NCBI GenBank assembly: GCA_051294375.1
Contig: CM119267.1
Coordinates: 13,215,081 to 13,279,080, forward strand
Length of the DNA stretch: 64,000 nt
Direction: 5' to 3'
Origin: Paraspadella gotoi
Lineage: Eukaryota > Animalia > Chaetognatha
Numbering within the stretch: the stretch's first letter is position 1; each line of letters begins with the position of its first letter. The translations under genes were made by a program, and so were the position numbers. The notes below the pieces were generated by a model. The model did not search any database and had not been told where the DNA came from. It worked only from the letters and a program-made list of their open reading frames with translations. Shown here piece by piece: positions 39,052-51,113 of the stretch.

Positions 39052-40721
39052 CGTTCAAAGATAATGCGTAAAAACTAAAACAAAATAATATGAAAACATT
39101 AACAAAAACAAAAAATATAAGCATAAATGAAAAACATGAGAGCAAAAACAAATAAAATAAAACATTAATAAAAGTGTAATATTCNNNNNNNNNNNNNNNN
39201 NNNNNNNNNAAGGTTTTATTTTATAAAAAGTCATAAGTATTTAATGCATAGTGTATAACTTATACCTAAAAATTTATAATTATAAGGTGTTAAAGTAAAG
39301 GGCAGAGGGACCACAATGCTATTAATAGAAATAACAAACTATAATATATATATATATATATTAAGGCGGATCTCTGACGTATAATTTTCTTCAAAATATT
39401 TTACCTCCCGATTTTTCTTTGCCCTTTTTACTTTTCTTTTATTTCACAAGAGCAATTGATTATTAAATATTCGGGATCACACGCATTTTTTCAATTTATC
39501 AAAAAATAGCCAATCGCGATCTGTGATTGGTCAATATCGGTCACGTGACCTTAAAATTTTTGTATTTTAAAGGTTTTTTTAACTGAAAAAAGTTATTTGA
39601 AATTAATATTTCACACAAAATTGACAAAGATTTTTAAACAATATCAACGAGAGTAAAACAGTTAGAAAGTAACAATAGCCAGCGCAGCAACTTTCATTGT
39701 TTTAATTTTGCTTCCCAAATCAGATTCAGACTCTTTATTGATGTAGGAAAACAAAACTTGAAAAACTTGACAAAACCAATCTCTATCCTTGGAAAAAGAA
39801 ATTAAATTAGCTAAAAACGTTGAATGAAAAATATCTTATTTTGACCTTCATTTGATTCAACTGCAAATGAGAAACCGAAAATACCCCTGTTACATCTTTC
39901 TCTCTCTCACTCATGACAAAGATCCACTAGGAGTCCAGTAAAATTGATTTTGTATCAGGCATAAACTATCTTTCTCTCTATATTTTAAAAACATCTGGTG
40001 AAATGATTGGACATATAAGGAATAATAACAGGGTCTCACAAGTTAATTACAATTAAAAAAAAAGATGCAAAGTTAATAACCAATATTGAACCTTATCTCC
40101 CATTCGACTTATTTAACTATACATGAAAAATTTTATGCATTGCCCTTCTTTAATTTTTCATATCTCTCTCTTTTTCACTCAATTATGAGTTCACGCTAAT
40201 ATTTTTGTTTGTGGTATTTGATTCGCTCGTACTACATTTTTACTATTTTTTATTATATTTCAACCTCAGTTTTACGGGATTTTATGGCCTTTATTGTAAA
40301 AAATTGAACCTGTCTGAATTTCGCAACCTTGTATTCATCAATCGCCTATCAATCGGCTAAATTTCTGAATCTAGCGCCGTTATAATTCCACGTTAAACTT
40401 AAAGGGTTCTTTAATGCTCGATTGTGAAGCAAAAAAAATACTTCACAATCTATGAAATAATATTTTTTTTTATTTATTCAATTAATTTGGCCATTATATC
40501 ATTTGGGATAGAGAAGAAGATAAAGAGGGAAAGAGTAAAAAATTTTGAATTAAATTATGTATCTTAATCTCATTTGCATATTAAAATTTGCATATTGTGA
40601 AACATGCCTATTGCCTAATGTGTGTAATAGTTATAATAAATTAGTTTCATATTTTCATTCTAGTTCATGACTTGTAACGAAATAACCTAGAGGTAAACCT
40701 TAACTCCTTACTCGATCCACC

Positions 40722-41033
40722 TTAATGAACACCTTTCTCGGCGCGTATGATTTCACAGCCACTATCTTCAAGAATTTTATCAAAATACGAGTTTGGGAGC
40801 TGAGACATAGTTCCCTTACAGGCACCAAAAAACCGAATCCAAGTTCCCTGCTTCCTTGAGCGGCGTTGACGTAATGGAACCCTTTTCGTCTGACCATGAT
40901 ACGTAATTTCGAGGGAAAAGGTTTTGAGAAATTCCGCGGTCCTAGCATCTCCCGTCAAAACATTGAAGGAGCCGCGATTGAAGTCACGCATTAATTGGAT
41001 GTATGCCCGATGCGCCAGAAAGATCGAGTTCAA
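40722..41033 (-). pseudogene. Protein-like ORF fragment, possibly a non-LTR retrotransposon ORF1 remnant (duplicate 52902-53210, frameshifted)
   Basis: 103 open codons of complex composition in AT-rich context (GTWIRFFGACKGTMSQLPNSYFDKILEDSGCEIIRAEK); no ATG start; family assignment is a guess. Confidence 0.3.
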
Positions 41034-41183
41034 ACTTCCTGTGAAGCAGAAGGTATTAGTTAACCTTTATGGAGACGGATTCGGTTTCAGTATACTTGCC
41101 TGTTTAACCTCTTATCAAACAGAAGGGAAACGAGTTGCTTTTGGATTATAATAAAACCAGTTTTGGGTCGTCTATAAACAAAA

Positions 41184-41255
41184 GAGCTTAACAGTATAAC
41201 GGTTAGGACATCGGACAGTCGCACGGTAGGTCGCTGGTTCGAATCCAGTGAGGTA
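41184..41255 (+). pseudogene. tRNA-like relic or SINE head (Asp-like, GTC loop); duplicate at about 53363-53434
   Basis: AGTATAACGGTTAG D-loop-like and a good T arm GCTGG-TTCGAAT-CCAGT; acceptor and anticodon stems do not pair. Confidence 0.55.
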
Positions 41256-41269
41256 AGAATTATTTACTA

Positions 41270-41513
41270 TGTACAGTAGCATCCGTCTAGAATTTCTGAG
41301 ACGGCAAGCTCTGTAACAAATGATACTTTGAAAGCGAGTTTTTGTCTTGTTATACAGTACTCATACGGGTAATCCCCCTTCGGTAAGCCATTGCTCTACG
41401 ACCACTTTTGGGACATAGCAGTTTACTGTAAATGTTTACTTTGAGTGGGATTCGAATCCTGCCATCCCATTCCGCGTCGAAGTCTTAGCTTTTAACCGCT
41501 TTGCCATCTCGTT
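41270..41513 (-). mobile_element. tRNA-derived SINE family S (duplicate at about 53449-53691)
   Basis: Minus strand: TGGCAAAGCGG (box A-like), GGATTCGAATCC (box B), body TGTCCCAAAAGTGGTCGTAGAGCAATGGCTTACCGAAGGGGG, 3' hairpin CCGTCT-CAGAAATTCT-AGACGG. Confidence 0.7.
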
Positions 41514-42431
41514 ATTTAAATAAAACTTAAAAAACCCTAATATAAATTTTTTTTTTTTCTCTTTTTATGCCAACCAAAACTTTATTCTCTTTTTGAAACG
41601 ATTTCATTTTTCATTCTCTCAATCATTAGCCTATTTATTAATATTGATACAATAGGCGACGATGTATAAAAACAGTTTCAGTTGTTTCACAATAAACAAC
41701 AGGTTAAAAACACTTAATAAAACACTTTAAAAGTGTCGGGAAGAAACTTTCGTGAAGATTCATCATCGCAGGATTCGCCCCCTAACAAAAGCAACGTGAA
41801 AATGTTTGACATCGCGGCTTAACAACGAGAAAACTGCCTTTTCCTAAATTTCAAACATTAAAAATAAGCCAGATATTCGCTTTCTTCTTCGTATATCGTC
41901 ATCGCGACGTTCCGTCGCGAATCAGAAAACTTGAGACTCGGATGTCAAAATCTCTGCCGTCGGACGTTGAGCCGTCCTGCCCCTACGGCGATGCCCACCT
42001 TAGCCACTGCGAACGCCAATATAACCTATAACCAATATAACCTATTTAGAGATACGATTTCAAACACACATTTTTTTCTGGCTGCATACACTGCGCCATG
42101 CTAACTTTCATGTCTTACATAGGGATCGTTCATACCAAATTTCAATAAATTTGGTCTCGTAGTTTTCTCGGAACGAGTTCTGGTAACAAAAAGGGGTCCC
42201 TAATTTTATAATGTGAAATTTTAATGTGATTTATCTCAAGTCTCTCCAAATTACGACTCAGAGACCAGCAGATAACCAGAAGACGATTTGGCTGAACGCA
42301 TGTTAACATTAATGAATTTTTTGTTTCCTCAAAAAAATTAAAAGCGAACCTACAGCTTTTGAAATTGTACACCAATATAAAAATTATCATTCATTTATAT
42401 AATTTAATCTGAACTAAATTTTTTTGAAAAT

Positions 42432-42660
42432 CATTTGGCCGAGTGCTTAGTGCGCCGGATTTCAACGTTAAGACAGGTTTCAGGTTCAAATCTGGCTGAA
42501 GTTTCTTTTACCATAAGTTCTTATGTCCCAAAATTGGTCGTAGAGCAATGGCTTACCGAAGGGGAGTAGCCATATGTGAACTCGATATCTCTTTCAAATT
42601 ATTATTTGTACTCGAGTTACAGAGCTTGCCGTCTCAGAAATTCTAGACGGATTCTAAATG
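42432..42660 (+). mobile_element. tRNA-derived SINE family S (duplicate at about 54580-54818)
   Basis: TGGCCGAGTG box A, GGTTCAAATC box B, same body and 3' hairpin as 41270-41513. Confidence 0.7.
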
Positions 42661-42798
42661 TATAATAATTATTAGGAGACTCGAAATAAAGAATATAACA
42701 TTACTGTTAATTAGTAACTTAATTAAAATTGATTCGGATTATTATAAAAGTAATTACAATTATTTAGGCGCCAGGAACAAAGGCTACACGCCCCCTAG
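42659..42798 (-). mobile_element. Putative polypurine tract and start of the 3' LTR of the Gypsy fragment (duplicate at about 54817-54956)
   Basis: Minus strand CTAGGGGGCG immediately followed by TGTAGCC at 42788, about 440 bp after the integrase stop; a TACA at 42659 may close a 130-bp LTR or belong to the adjacent SINE tail. Confidence 0.5.
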
Positions 42799-43228
42799 AT
42801 AAAATTGGGGAAATATATTTCGTGTAATTTTGTCTAAGAATAAAAATATGCCTTTGTTTACATTTTGTACATTGTATAACGAGTAAAAGTAAAAATCGAT
42901 AAGATTAAAATGAAAAGAAACGGTAACGGAAATTGAAAAAGAATTTGGGATCTGTGTTAATTCACAGATTCAGTCGAGTTAGTATTTATTACTAACAGAT
43001 GATTGGAGTAGAGAACAGTAACGATTAATTAAACTTGGTGATCGATTGGTGATAAAACAATTTTAGATTAATTGGTGATAATAGGATGATTAACGATTTA
43101 ATTAATTGGTGATAATAATTAGAATTTGATGATTAGAGTAAAATTGAAATTTAAAATTTTGGTACAAGTGAAAGTTCGATCGAATAAAAGTTAGTGAAAG
43201 GAGAGATTGTTTTAAAATCACTGACCCG

Positions 43229-45120
43229 TCAGGTTGTGTGTCGAAGCTGTTGCTTGTCGTCGAGTTGCTGCAGCATATGTGCTAATCCTGCAGCATACGA
43301 TGGACGAGTTGGATTGACGTCGATCGTTGAAATTTGCTTTTCAGGCGTGGGTTTTGAGAAGATTTGAGGGGCGGAGAGGGGAGGGGGTGGAGTTCGCATC
43401 GTGTCGCCCGCGAGATCTTCTTGGTTGAGATCTGGTTCAGATTCGGAATCGTTATGTTCAATATTCGTTTCTTTATCTTGATTTTCCCGTTTGTTTATTT
43501 TATTGTTTACGTTTTGACCCGGTTTGTTTATTTTTTGTTTAATGGAGGAAAATCAAGGGGAGAGAAGTAGTTTGGGGTCGGGGGTGGAGCGGGGAGGTGG
43601 GGGAGAAGTTGACGAGTTCTCCCCGCTCGAGAGCGAAGGATTCGCGTTGATGGAGTCGGGAATCGCTACGAATTCCGGGCAACGGCCCGGAGGAGGAGGA
43701 GAGGGAGGCGGAGACGGCGTCCTGGAGGGCTGGCGGCGCCGTCGGCGCCGTTATCGGCGTCGTCAGCTTTGTATGCTGGTTTAAGGCGGGAAATGGATAC
43801 ACTTTCGTTGCCTCGTCCGGGAATCTCGATTCTAAAAGTCAATTGATCGCGGCTGATGACGCGATAAGGTCCAAGTAAAGGCGCCGAGACGGACGGGGCA
43901 CGCCTCCTCGACGAACGTAGACGTGAGAGGCGTGGCGTAGAGCGTCAGGTAGATGTATACGAGGTTGACGATGAGTAGCAGTCGGCACTGGCTGAAGTCG
44001 AGCGACCTCGAGACGTAGGTTGGCGAGTGTGCGACGCCGCTGGCTTCGCTCGTCAGCGTCACTTCCGGTTTGAGCTGAAATTAAGTCGCCGGGGACTGCG
44101 ATTGGTTCTCCGTAGACAAGCTCGGATGGAGAAGCTCGGCCGGAGAAGCGCCGACGTCGGGTTTAAGAGTCGTACGAATGGCGACAAGGGCGCACGGAAG
44201 GCGCCAATACCAATCGCCTTGAGTATCGGCGCCGAGAGCGACGAGAGTTCCTTTAAACGTCGATGAAATCTTTCGACGAGTCCATTCGATTGAGGATGGT
44301 ATGCCGTAGTTAGATTGTGTGCGATTCCCCATGACGATAATAGTTGTTTCCAAGTTGAGGACAGAAATTGGGTCCCCGCGGTCGGTTGTTACTGTCGCCG
44401 GGATGCCGAAGGAGCTTATCCATCCGTGGACGAAAGCGTCGGCGACAGTTTTAGCGGCGATAACCTTCATTGGAACTGCGATAGGCCATCTGGTGAATCG
44501 ATCTACGGCGGTGAGGATGTAATTATATCCGTTTGAAATTGGGAGAGTCATGATGTCGACATGTAGATGATTAAAGCGGCGCTCGGGAGTTCAAAAGTGC
44601 CGATATCCGGCACCGTATTACGCGTGACCTTCGAGCGCTGGCAGTCGTGACATTCGCGGGCCCATTTCGACACGTCGGCGCGCATTGAGGGCCAGACGAA
44701 TTGCTCGCTGACCGCTTGTCGAGTCCTCTCGACGCCGGGATGTCCAAGGTTATGGATGGTGTTAAAAACACGTTGGCGCCAAGAGAAAGGACGAACGGGC
44801 GAGGAGGTCCATTGCTTATGTCGACGACTATTGAAGTTTCGCCGATGGGATTCGGCAGAATCGGAGGCCCGAGTTTGAATCGCTGGAGATGCGTCGATAC
44901 TCTGCGTCCAGAGGTGGTCGACGGCCATCTTCTCGAGGTCGATGCCATGTTGAAGAATCGACGAGACCAGCTGGTTGAAGCTATGCTGCTTTTCCTCGGG
45001 AATCTCCTTGTCGATTGACGATACGATTGGGATGGTTTTGGGATTGGGAGCAGAGAGAGAAGGGAAGAGAGATTGGGGAGTAGGGGAAGGGGAAGGGAAG
45101 GGGAGAAGGAGGAGGGTTTG
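43229..45120 (-). pseudogene. Ty3/Gypsy integrase fragment, duplicate copy
   Basis: Same motifs split over ORFs 44548-44928, 44081-44551 and others; differs from 55392-57295 mainly by 1-nt homopolymer indels. Confidence 0.9.
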
Positions 45121-45124
45121 GATC

Positions 45125-45840
45125 AGCTTCTTTGTGACGTCGTCGTCACGTTTTTTTCTTATATAGTTTTGACTGGGGCTTATATTTTTTTTTAAATAAA
45201 AATTACTACGAATTACGATGGATTTTATAAAAGTATGCGATCATAGTAAGTTAAAAATTTAGATATGGCTTCTCATCATTAGGATCTTTGCAATTGTTAT
45301 GTTTCATATGGATTCAAATATTTTGAGTTTGAATTTCTTTTTCATAAGGATTTACTGCTATATGCAAATTATAATATAATATTCTATATACTAATTTGCA
45401 TATTATAGTGAGTAATTATAAAATAATATTCTATATACTAATTTGCATATTATAAAGAGTAATTTGCATATTGCAGTATATCATAATGAGAAAAAAATTC
45501 AAACAAAAAATACGAAACATGATAATTGCAAAGATCTTAAAGATGAGAAGCTATATCTAGATTTAATACAAATAAAAATACACACTTTTTTTGTCTTTCT
45601 TTTTATTTCTTTATTTCTTTCTCCTTTTCTTCTTCTTCCTCATATATCTTCAACATATCGACCTTTTCTTCGTCTCTCTTTCTTTCTCTTTCTCTCTCTT
45701 TCTTTCTCTCTCTCTCTCACTCATATACGCATTTGTTGTTTTATTGACGATGATCATCACTCATCGCGTCAATGAATGACTATCATCGCATCATTCATTT
45801 GGTTATCATCGCATCAATTTTGGTTATCATCCGCATCATC
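45125..45840 (+). mobile_element. Independent, internally deleted HINE family B copy in the opposite orientation (duplicated at about 57300-58019)
   Basis: GCTTCTTTGTGACGTCGTCG and the following sequence match the reverse complement of about 30950-31277; the ATCATCGCATC repeats match the reverse complement of 28660-28920; both termini lost. Confidence 0.65.
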
Positions 45841-45963
45841 GGCTTACGGCCGTCCTCACGCTTCCCGCAGGTTGGGATTGAACCCGGTACCGAGTGGTCA
45901 TGGGCTGAGGGCTTTACTCAATGAGCCACCGGGCGAGGTGAACCTAGGCAATGCCCGACTACA
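45840..45963 (-). mobile_element. Truncated copy of the tRNA-bearing LTR-like element
   Basis: Reverse complement begins TGTAGTCGGGCATTGCCTAGG and has box A, GCCCATGACC and box B; 3' part missing. Confidence 0.7.
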
Positions 45964-46012
45964 AATATATTGCTCAAATAAAAATAATATGAGTTTTCCT
46001 CACAAAATGATG

Positions 46013-47190
46013 TTAAACACCAATACTCATACCGCATATACGATGACTCTCAAGCAAGAGTGGAGGATGTAATTGAACATCTGAGGTATCGGAAAAACTT
46101 TCCAGAACAAAGAATACAGTGAACTTTTTAGTGGAATCTTCATCTATCAAAAGTTGATGATAGAATCCGGCTGAGAAATCTAATACACCACTGGCAATTT
46201 TCCTCCTGAACTCTTCCATTTCTGGTAGTGGGAAGTGATGAGGCATTAGAGCTTGATTCATTTTCTGTAATCAACCACCATTCGGCTCTTGGTGACCTCT
46301 CTCGTCTCTGTAGCAACATATCTGGTCTCAGAAAAATATGTTTGACAACCAACTATCATTTGAATTATTACCTTGTTTGCGAAGCTTGTCAATATGCAGC
46401 ATGATATAGGGAATCTTTGCGTCAGAATGTTTTCTCACTTTATCCTTCATGGGAATGTCCGTTGAAGATTTGAGATTGATTGATTCATTCTCACTCCAGT
46501 GAAAGTTTCAGGTTTCTCCACATTTTAAAAGACATTTACAAAAGTCCCAGACCAAAGATCTGACTTTCCTGATCACTGTCATTACTGCATCAGAAATGCT
46601 TCTCTGTCCTCCAACTAGTACAAGTTGCCCCTTTTTATCTCTCCTTTACAACATCAACAAGAAATGATCTTTCACAAGAATTGCCTTGCTTGATAGATCA
46701 AAATAAACTGCGCGAAAGTGAATGTCAGTTAGCATGTCGATGACAAATTGTTTTGCTCTCCAATACATAGAAGAAAATAGAACAGCTTTACTTTCTCATT
46801 GAGAGGTTACCGCTTGAAGCTCAACCAACTCCTCCCCAGAGACTATGTGAAATACAGCAGACTGAATCCAATGACTCTTTTTCTTCATGTTGAATAACCT
46901 CACCCAAAATCTTTCAGAACAAATTCTTATTTTGTTTCATTGATAACTCGAATTCTGTAAGTCTTTTGACTTTCCACAAAACTGATACCCGAACTCATCA
47001 GCTTGTTAGTGGCTCATCATAGAATGACAAAAATGAATGCTTTCCCTATTAGTTCCCGGTCTTGTAAGCTTCCACCAAATGTATGCTTCTTGGATGATTT
47101 GTCGTTTCTTACTACAACGCATGTGTTGAAGGCCTGAATCTCCAGCAATTGACGATGTTGCTGAATAGATCACATAAGTTGAACTTATGG
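46013..47190 (-). pseudogene. Degenerate RT fragment, duplicate copy
   Basis: ORF 46013-46261 NQALMPHHFPLPEMEE...VLDFSAGFYHQ; colinear with 58190-59380. Confidence 0.8.
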
Positions 47191-47200
47191 GAGTAGAGTT

Positions 47201-47320
47201 TGTAGTCGGGCATTGCCTAGGCTCACCCTGCCTATAAGCATGACACTTTCAGTTGTTACCGGTGGCTCATTGAGTAAAGCCATCAGCTCGATGACCACTA
47301 AGGTACCGGGTTCAATCCAC
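47201..47320 (+). mobile_element. 5' part of the tRNA-bearing LTR-like element cut near an assembly gap (duplicate of the 59390 copy)
   Basis: Same left flank GAGTAGAGTT, TGTAGTC start, box A and box B; N run follows at about 47340. Confidence 0.7.
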
Positions 47321-47675
47321 AAATCCACACACGAGGGTANNNNNNNNNNNNNNNNNNNNNNNNNCCATCCCATTCCGCGTCGAAGTCTTAGCTTTTAACC
47401 GCTTTGCCATCTCGTTATTTAAATAAAAAAAGCTTAAAANNNNNNNNNNTAGCTTTTAACCGCTTGGCCATCTCGTTATTTAAAAAACCCTAATATAAAT
47501 ATTGTTTTTTTTCTCTTTTTTATGCCAACCAAAAACTTTATTCTCTTTTTGAAACGATTTCATTTTTCATTCTCTCATCATTAGCCATTTATTAATATTG
47601 ATACAATAGGCGACGATGTATAAAAATAGTTTCAATTGTTTCACAATAAACAACAGGTTAAAAACACTTAATAAA

Positions 47676-47774
47676 TTTGGGATTTTTGATAGAGAAAAAA
47701 AAATAAATGGCATAATAAAATTTTTAGAAGGCAAAAAATAATAGAATTTTTTCAAAAAACGAACGGTCGTACAT

Positions 47775-47810
<36 letters not shown>

Positions 47811-48012
47811 TGAAAAAGAAAGTGACTAAAAATTTTTTTTTTTGTAAAAAAAAAAAGAGAGAGAGAGAGAGAGATAGAGAGAGCCGGAACTCGTTTTTAC
47901 TCGTCGCGACAGTGACGGAGGTAAAAAAAAGAGTGACTAAAAATTATTTTTGTACAGAAAAAAAAGAGATAGAAAGAGAGGAAAGAGAGAGAGAGACAGA
48001 TAGAGAAGAAAG

Positions 48013-48048
<36 letters not shown>

Positions 48049-48131
48049 AAAGTGTTTACTCGTTTACCAAGTGAATAAACTTTTTTTTTGTAAAAAAAAA
48101 AGAGAGAGAGAGTGAGAGAGACGAGAGAGAG

Positions 48132-48163
<32 letters not shown>

Positions 48164-49405
48164 AAGTTTTCCCTAACGATACGCAATAGTTAGGATCACT
48201 TTTGTTTATATCGCGTGATCTCGGTCAAGTTGATTTTTTTTTATACACGTAACGCGTTATTAGGTCATGTTCCTGACATGTTTACACATGTGCGGCCAGC
48301 AACGGACACGAAATCCAGGTGAAGTTAGTTATTCTTCACATTTCTCAAAAAAATCCACGAAAATCTCAGATTAAATTGGGATTTTGTATGAGAAAGAAGC
48401 GCGAATAAATGGCGATAATAAAAGTTTTTAGAAGGAAAGAAATAATAAGATTTTCAAAAACGGTGGTAAAACAAAGTGAATATTTTTTTTTTGTAAAAAA
48501 AAACAGAGAAGAGAAGAGAAGAGAGAGAGAGAGAGGAGAGAGAGAGAACCGAGACGGAGGAGACGGAGGGAGAGAGAGAAGAGAGCCTGAACTCGTTTTT
48601 TTTAAACGATTCAGAAAACGGCATCGCCTGATCAAAATATATTGTTTTTAGAAAGAAAAAATAATCAGAATTTTCAAAAAACGAACGATCACAAACGCAA
48701 GAGATCGCACACAATAGAGAGACAGAGAGAACTGAACTCAGTTTTTAAACGATTCAGAAAAGGCAGCGCCTAAAAAAAAAAATATATATAATATAAAAAA
48801 TAAATAAAAGAAAGCAAAAAATGTTACAATGGTTTACAATTGGAAACTTTTTCCAATTTTTTCCAATCGCAGCTTGTAAAAGATTTTATTTTATTTGTAT
48901 TAAAATTAAGATATAGCTCTCATATAAAAAAAATCCTTGAGTCCATTTTTATTAGAAATTTAAAAAAAAAATTTTTGAATTTCATCTTCAATATTATATC
49001 AATAGCATATGTAAAATTACTTAAGCATTTCTATATAATAATTTGGATATTATAATGAAGTACTATAGATCTTATTTGCATATTGCAGTAAATCATAATG
49101 AAGTGGAAATTCAAACAAAAAAATACTTAATCCAAATGTAATATGAAATATCACAGCTATTTCAAGATGAAAAGCCATATCTAAATTTTTTTAACTTACT
49201 ATGATCGCACACTTTTGTAAATTTTATCATAATTTCATAATAATTTTTATTTTAAAAAAAACGAAGTCAAGCCAAACCTATAAAAGCGTAGTAGTTTTTT
49301 ATAATTGAACAGCGTGACCACGACGACGACGACGACGACGTCACAAAGAAGCAACCCTAACAATTATAGAGCCTGACCCGGCTTCGCCGGTCTAAGGCTC
49401 GATAA
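47676..49405 (-). mobile_element. HINE family B, partial duplicate
   Basis: Colinear with 35787-37507, same terminal hairpin. Confidence 0.6.
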
Positions 49406-50903
49406 AAATGTTTGCCTGAATTTATCGCGTGCTTAGGATGGAACCATACTTTCGGAATGAATGGATTTATTATATTTTCGAATATTATAGAAGGATGTAT
49501 ACTGTATTATATATAGCAGGTATTCTGGGAGTGAATAAACGAGACTGTGAGAGAGTCTTGATTGAAAGCTTGCAGGGACCTGCTAGGTCATTATCTTGTA
49601 AGAGTGATGGGGCCTTAAACCAAAGCCTGTCCAAAGTCAGGGACAAGCTTATTTAATAAATGAATGGATGATTTTTATATTGGTTGTACCAATTTCATAG
49701 TATTTTATAGTATTGTATTTTATAGTTTGTTATATATATATATATACATATATATTATATATTACATATATATATTGTATAGTTTATATTAAATAATTAT
49801 TAAACGAGATTGACTTTTAAAAATGGGGACAAGCGCAGAGCTTTTTCAATTTTTAAAAATTCTACTTTTAGAGAGAGAGCGAGGGGATAAATAGATAAAA
49901 AACGACGACGACATATAAACAATATAAAGGAGCTGCGCTATATACTGGAGATCTCGAATTGGATAACAACCGCTACAAACGCCAGAGACGCGCGCGAGTT
50001 GAGCCGTCCTGTAAAAATACTCGTACAAATGTAAAGATAAAAGAGAACTGGCGGCGAATGTCGTGAAAAGGCAGACGACACGAGAGGACGAGAGAGAGAG
50101 ACCACGACGAGCAGAGAAGAGAAGAGAGAGAGAGAGTAAGAGAAGGAGAGAGAGAGAGAGAGGCTTCAGCTCGTTCTGCCCAGGTCTCGCAATTCTAAGA
50201 AACGGTTTCCAACATGGAAATGAAGAGGAAGCGCGAAACGAGATGGAGAGAGAGAGATGGAATTTTTTTTCTAAAGAGAGACTGACGAGAGAGAGGAGAG
50301 AGAGGAGGACAACTTGAGGTAGGCGAAGTAGGTGGAGGAGGAGGAGAACTAAGAGGAGGAGAGGATGATGAGAGGCGGGGAAACGAAATGGGTCAACCGA
50401 GGGAAAGGAAAAGGAAATAATAATAAATATTGATAGTTCTATTCTTCTTCGTTACTCAAAGGTCTTTCTAACTTTTGTTATTTACTGATATTTTTTTAAA
50501 AATTCTGTTAATGCAAATATGCAAATGATATGCTTTCATACGAGAGCATTGCCTCAGCCTGCTGTTTTTAAACTTTCTTGGCTTAAGCCCGTCTGGTTAG
50601 ATTTTTGGTTCGGTTCAGCTTCCTTTTTTTTTTTATTAATACCAAAAACAGTATTGACAAATCAGAAACAGTATCAGTGTAAAAGTAAAAACTATCTAAT
50701 TAAATATTTCAACATAAACAAAGACACTAACGTTGTAAATGGAACGTTTAATATTATGAAACTAATTCATAATAAACTATAAATATAACGTTCAAGACGT
50801 TCAATTCAAATTTTAAACCAAAAATATGAAACAAAGACAAAAAAAAATATAAAGCATAAACGAAGAAAACGTTAATAAAACGTTTATGGTGGACTAAAAT
50901 CAC

Positions 50904-51113
50904 CAACCTTTCATCAGCGGCCATTGGTGCCGGAGGAAAATCATTCGCCTCCCAACCCAAAGTGCGGGGTTCTAGCCCGGTGGCCGCCTAGCAGTTAAGA
51001 GAGACGGGGCGCTTAACCCGCCAGAACTCAGTGTTACAGCCTGATCCGAAGATCAGGGACAGCTTATATTGAACGGTTCTGTCACTAACACAACAATTAT
51101 CACTGTCTCTTCA
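50904..51113 (+). mobile_element. SINE family G (same flanks)
   Basis: Colinear with 35251-35461. Confidence 0.7.

Noticed and set aside
41184-41255. Functional tRNA-Asp gene (and likewise the other tRNA-like heads)
   Set aside because: Acceptor and/or anticodon stems do not pair, and the other heads are embedded in repeats
43229-47190. Single Gypsy element comprising both the RT and integrase fragments
   Set aside because: Order and strand are compatible, but the RT piece is much more AT-rich and decayed, YxDD and RNase H are missing, and other elements lie between them; more likely two families
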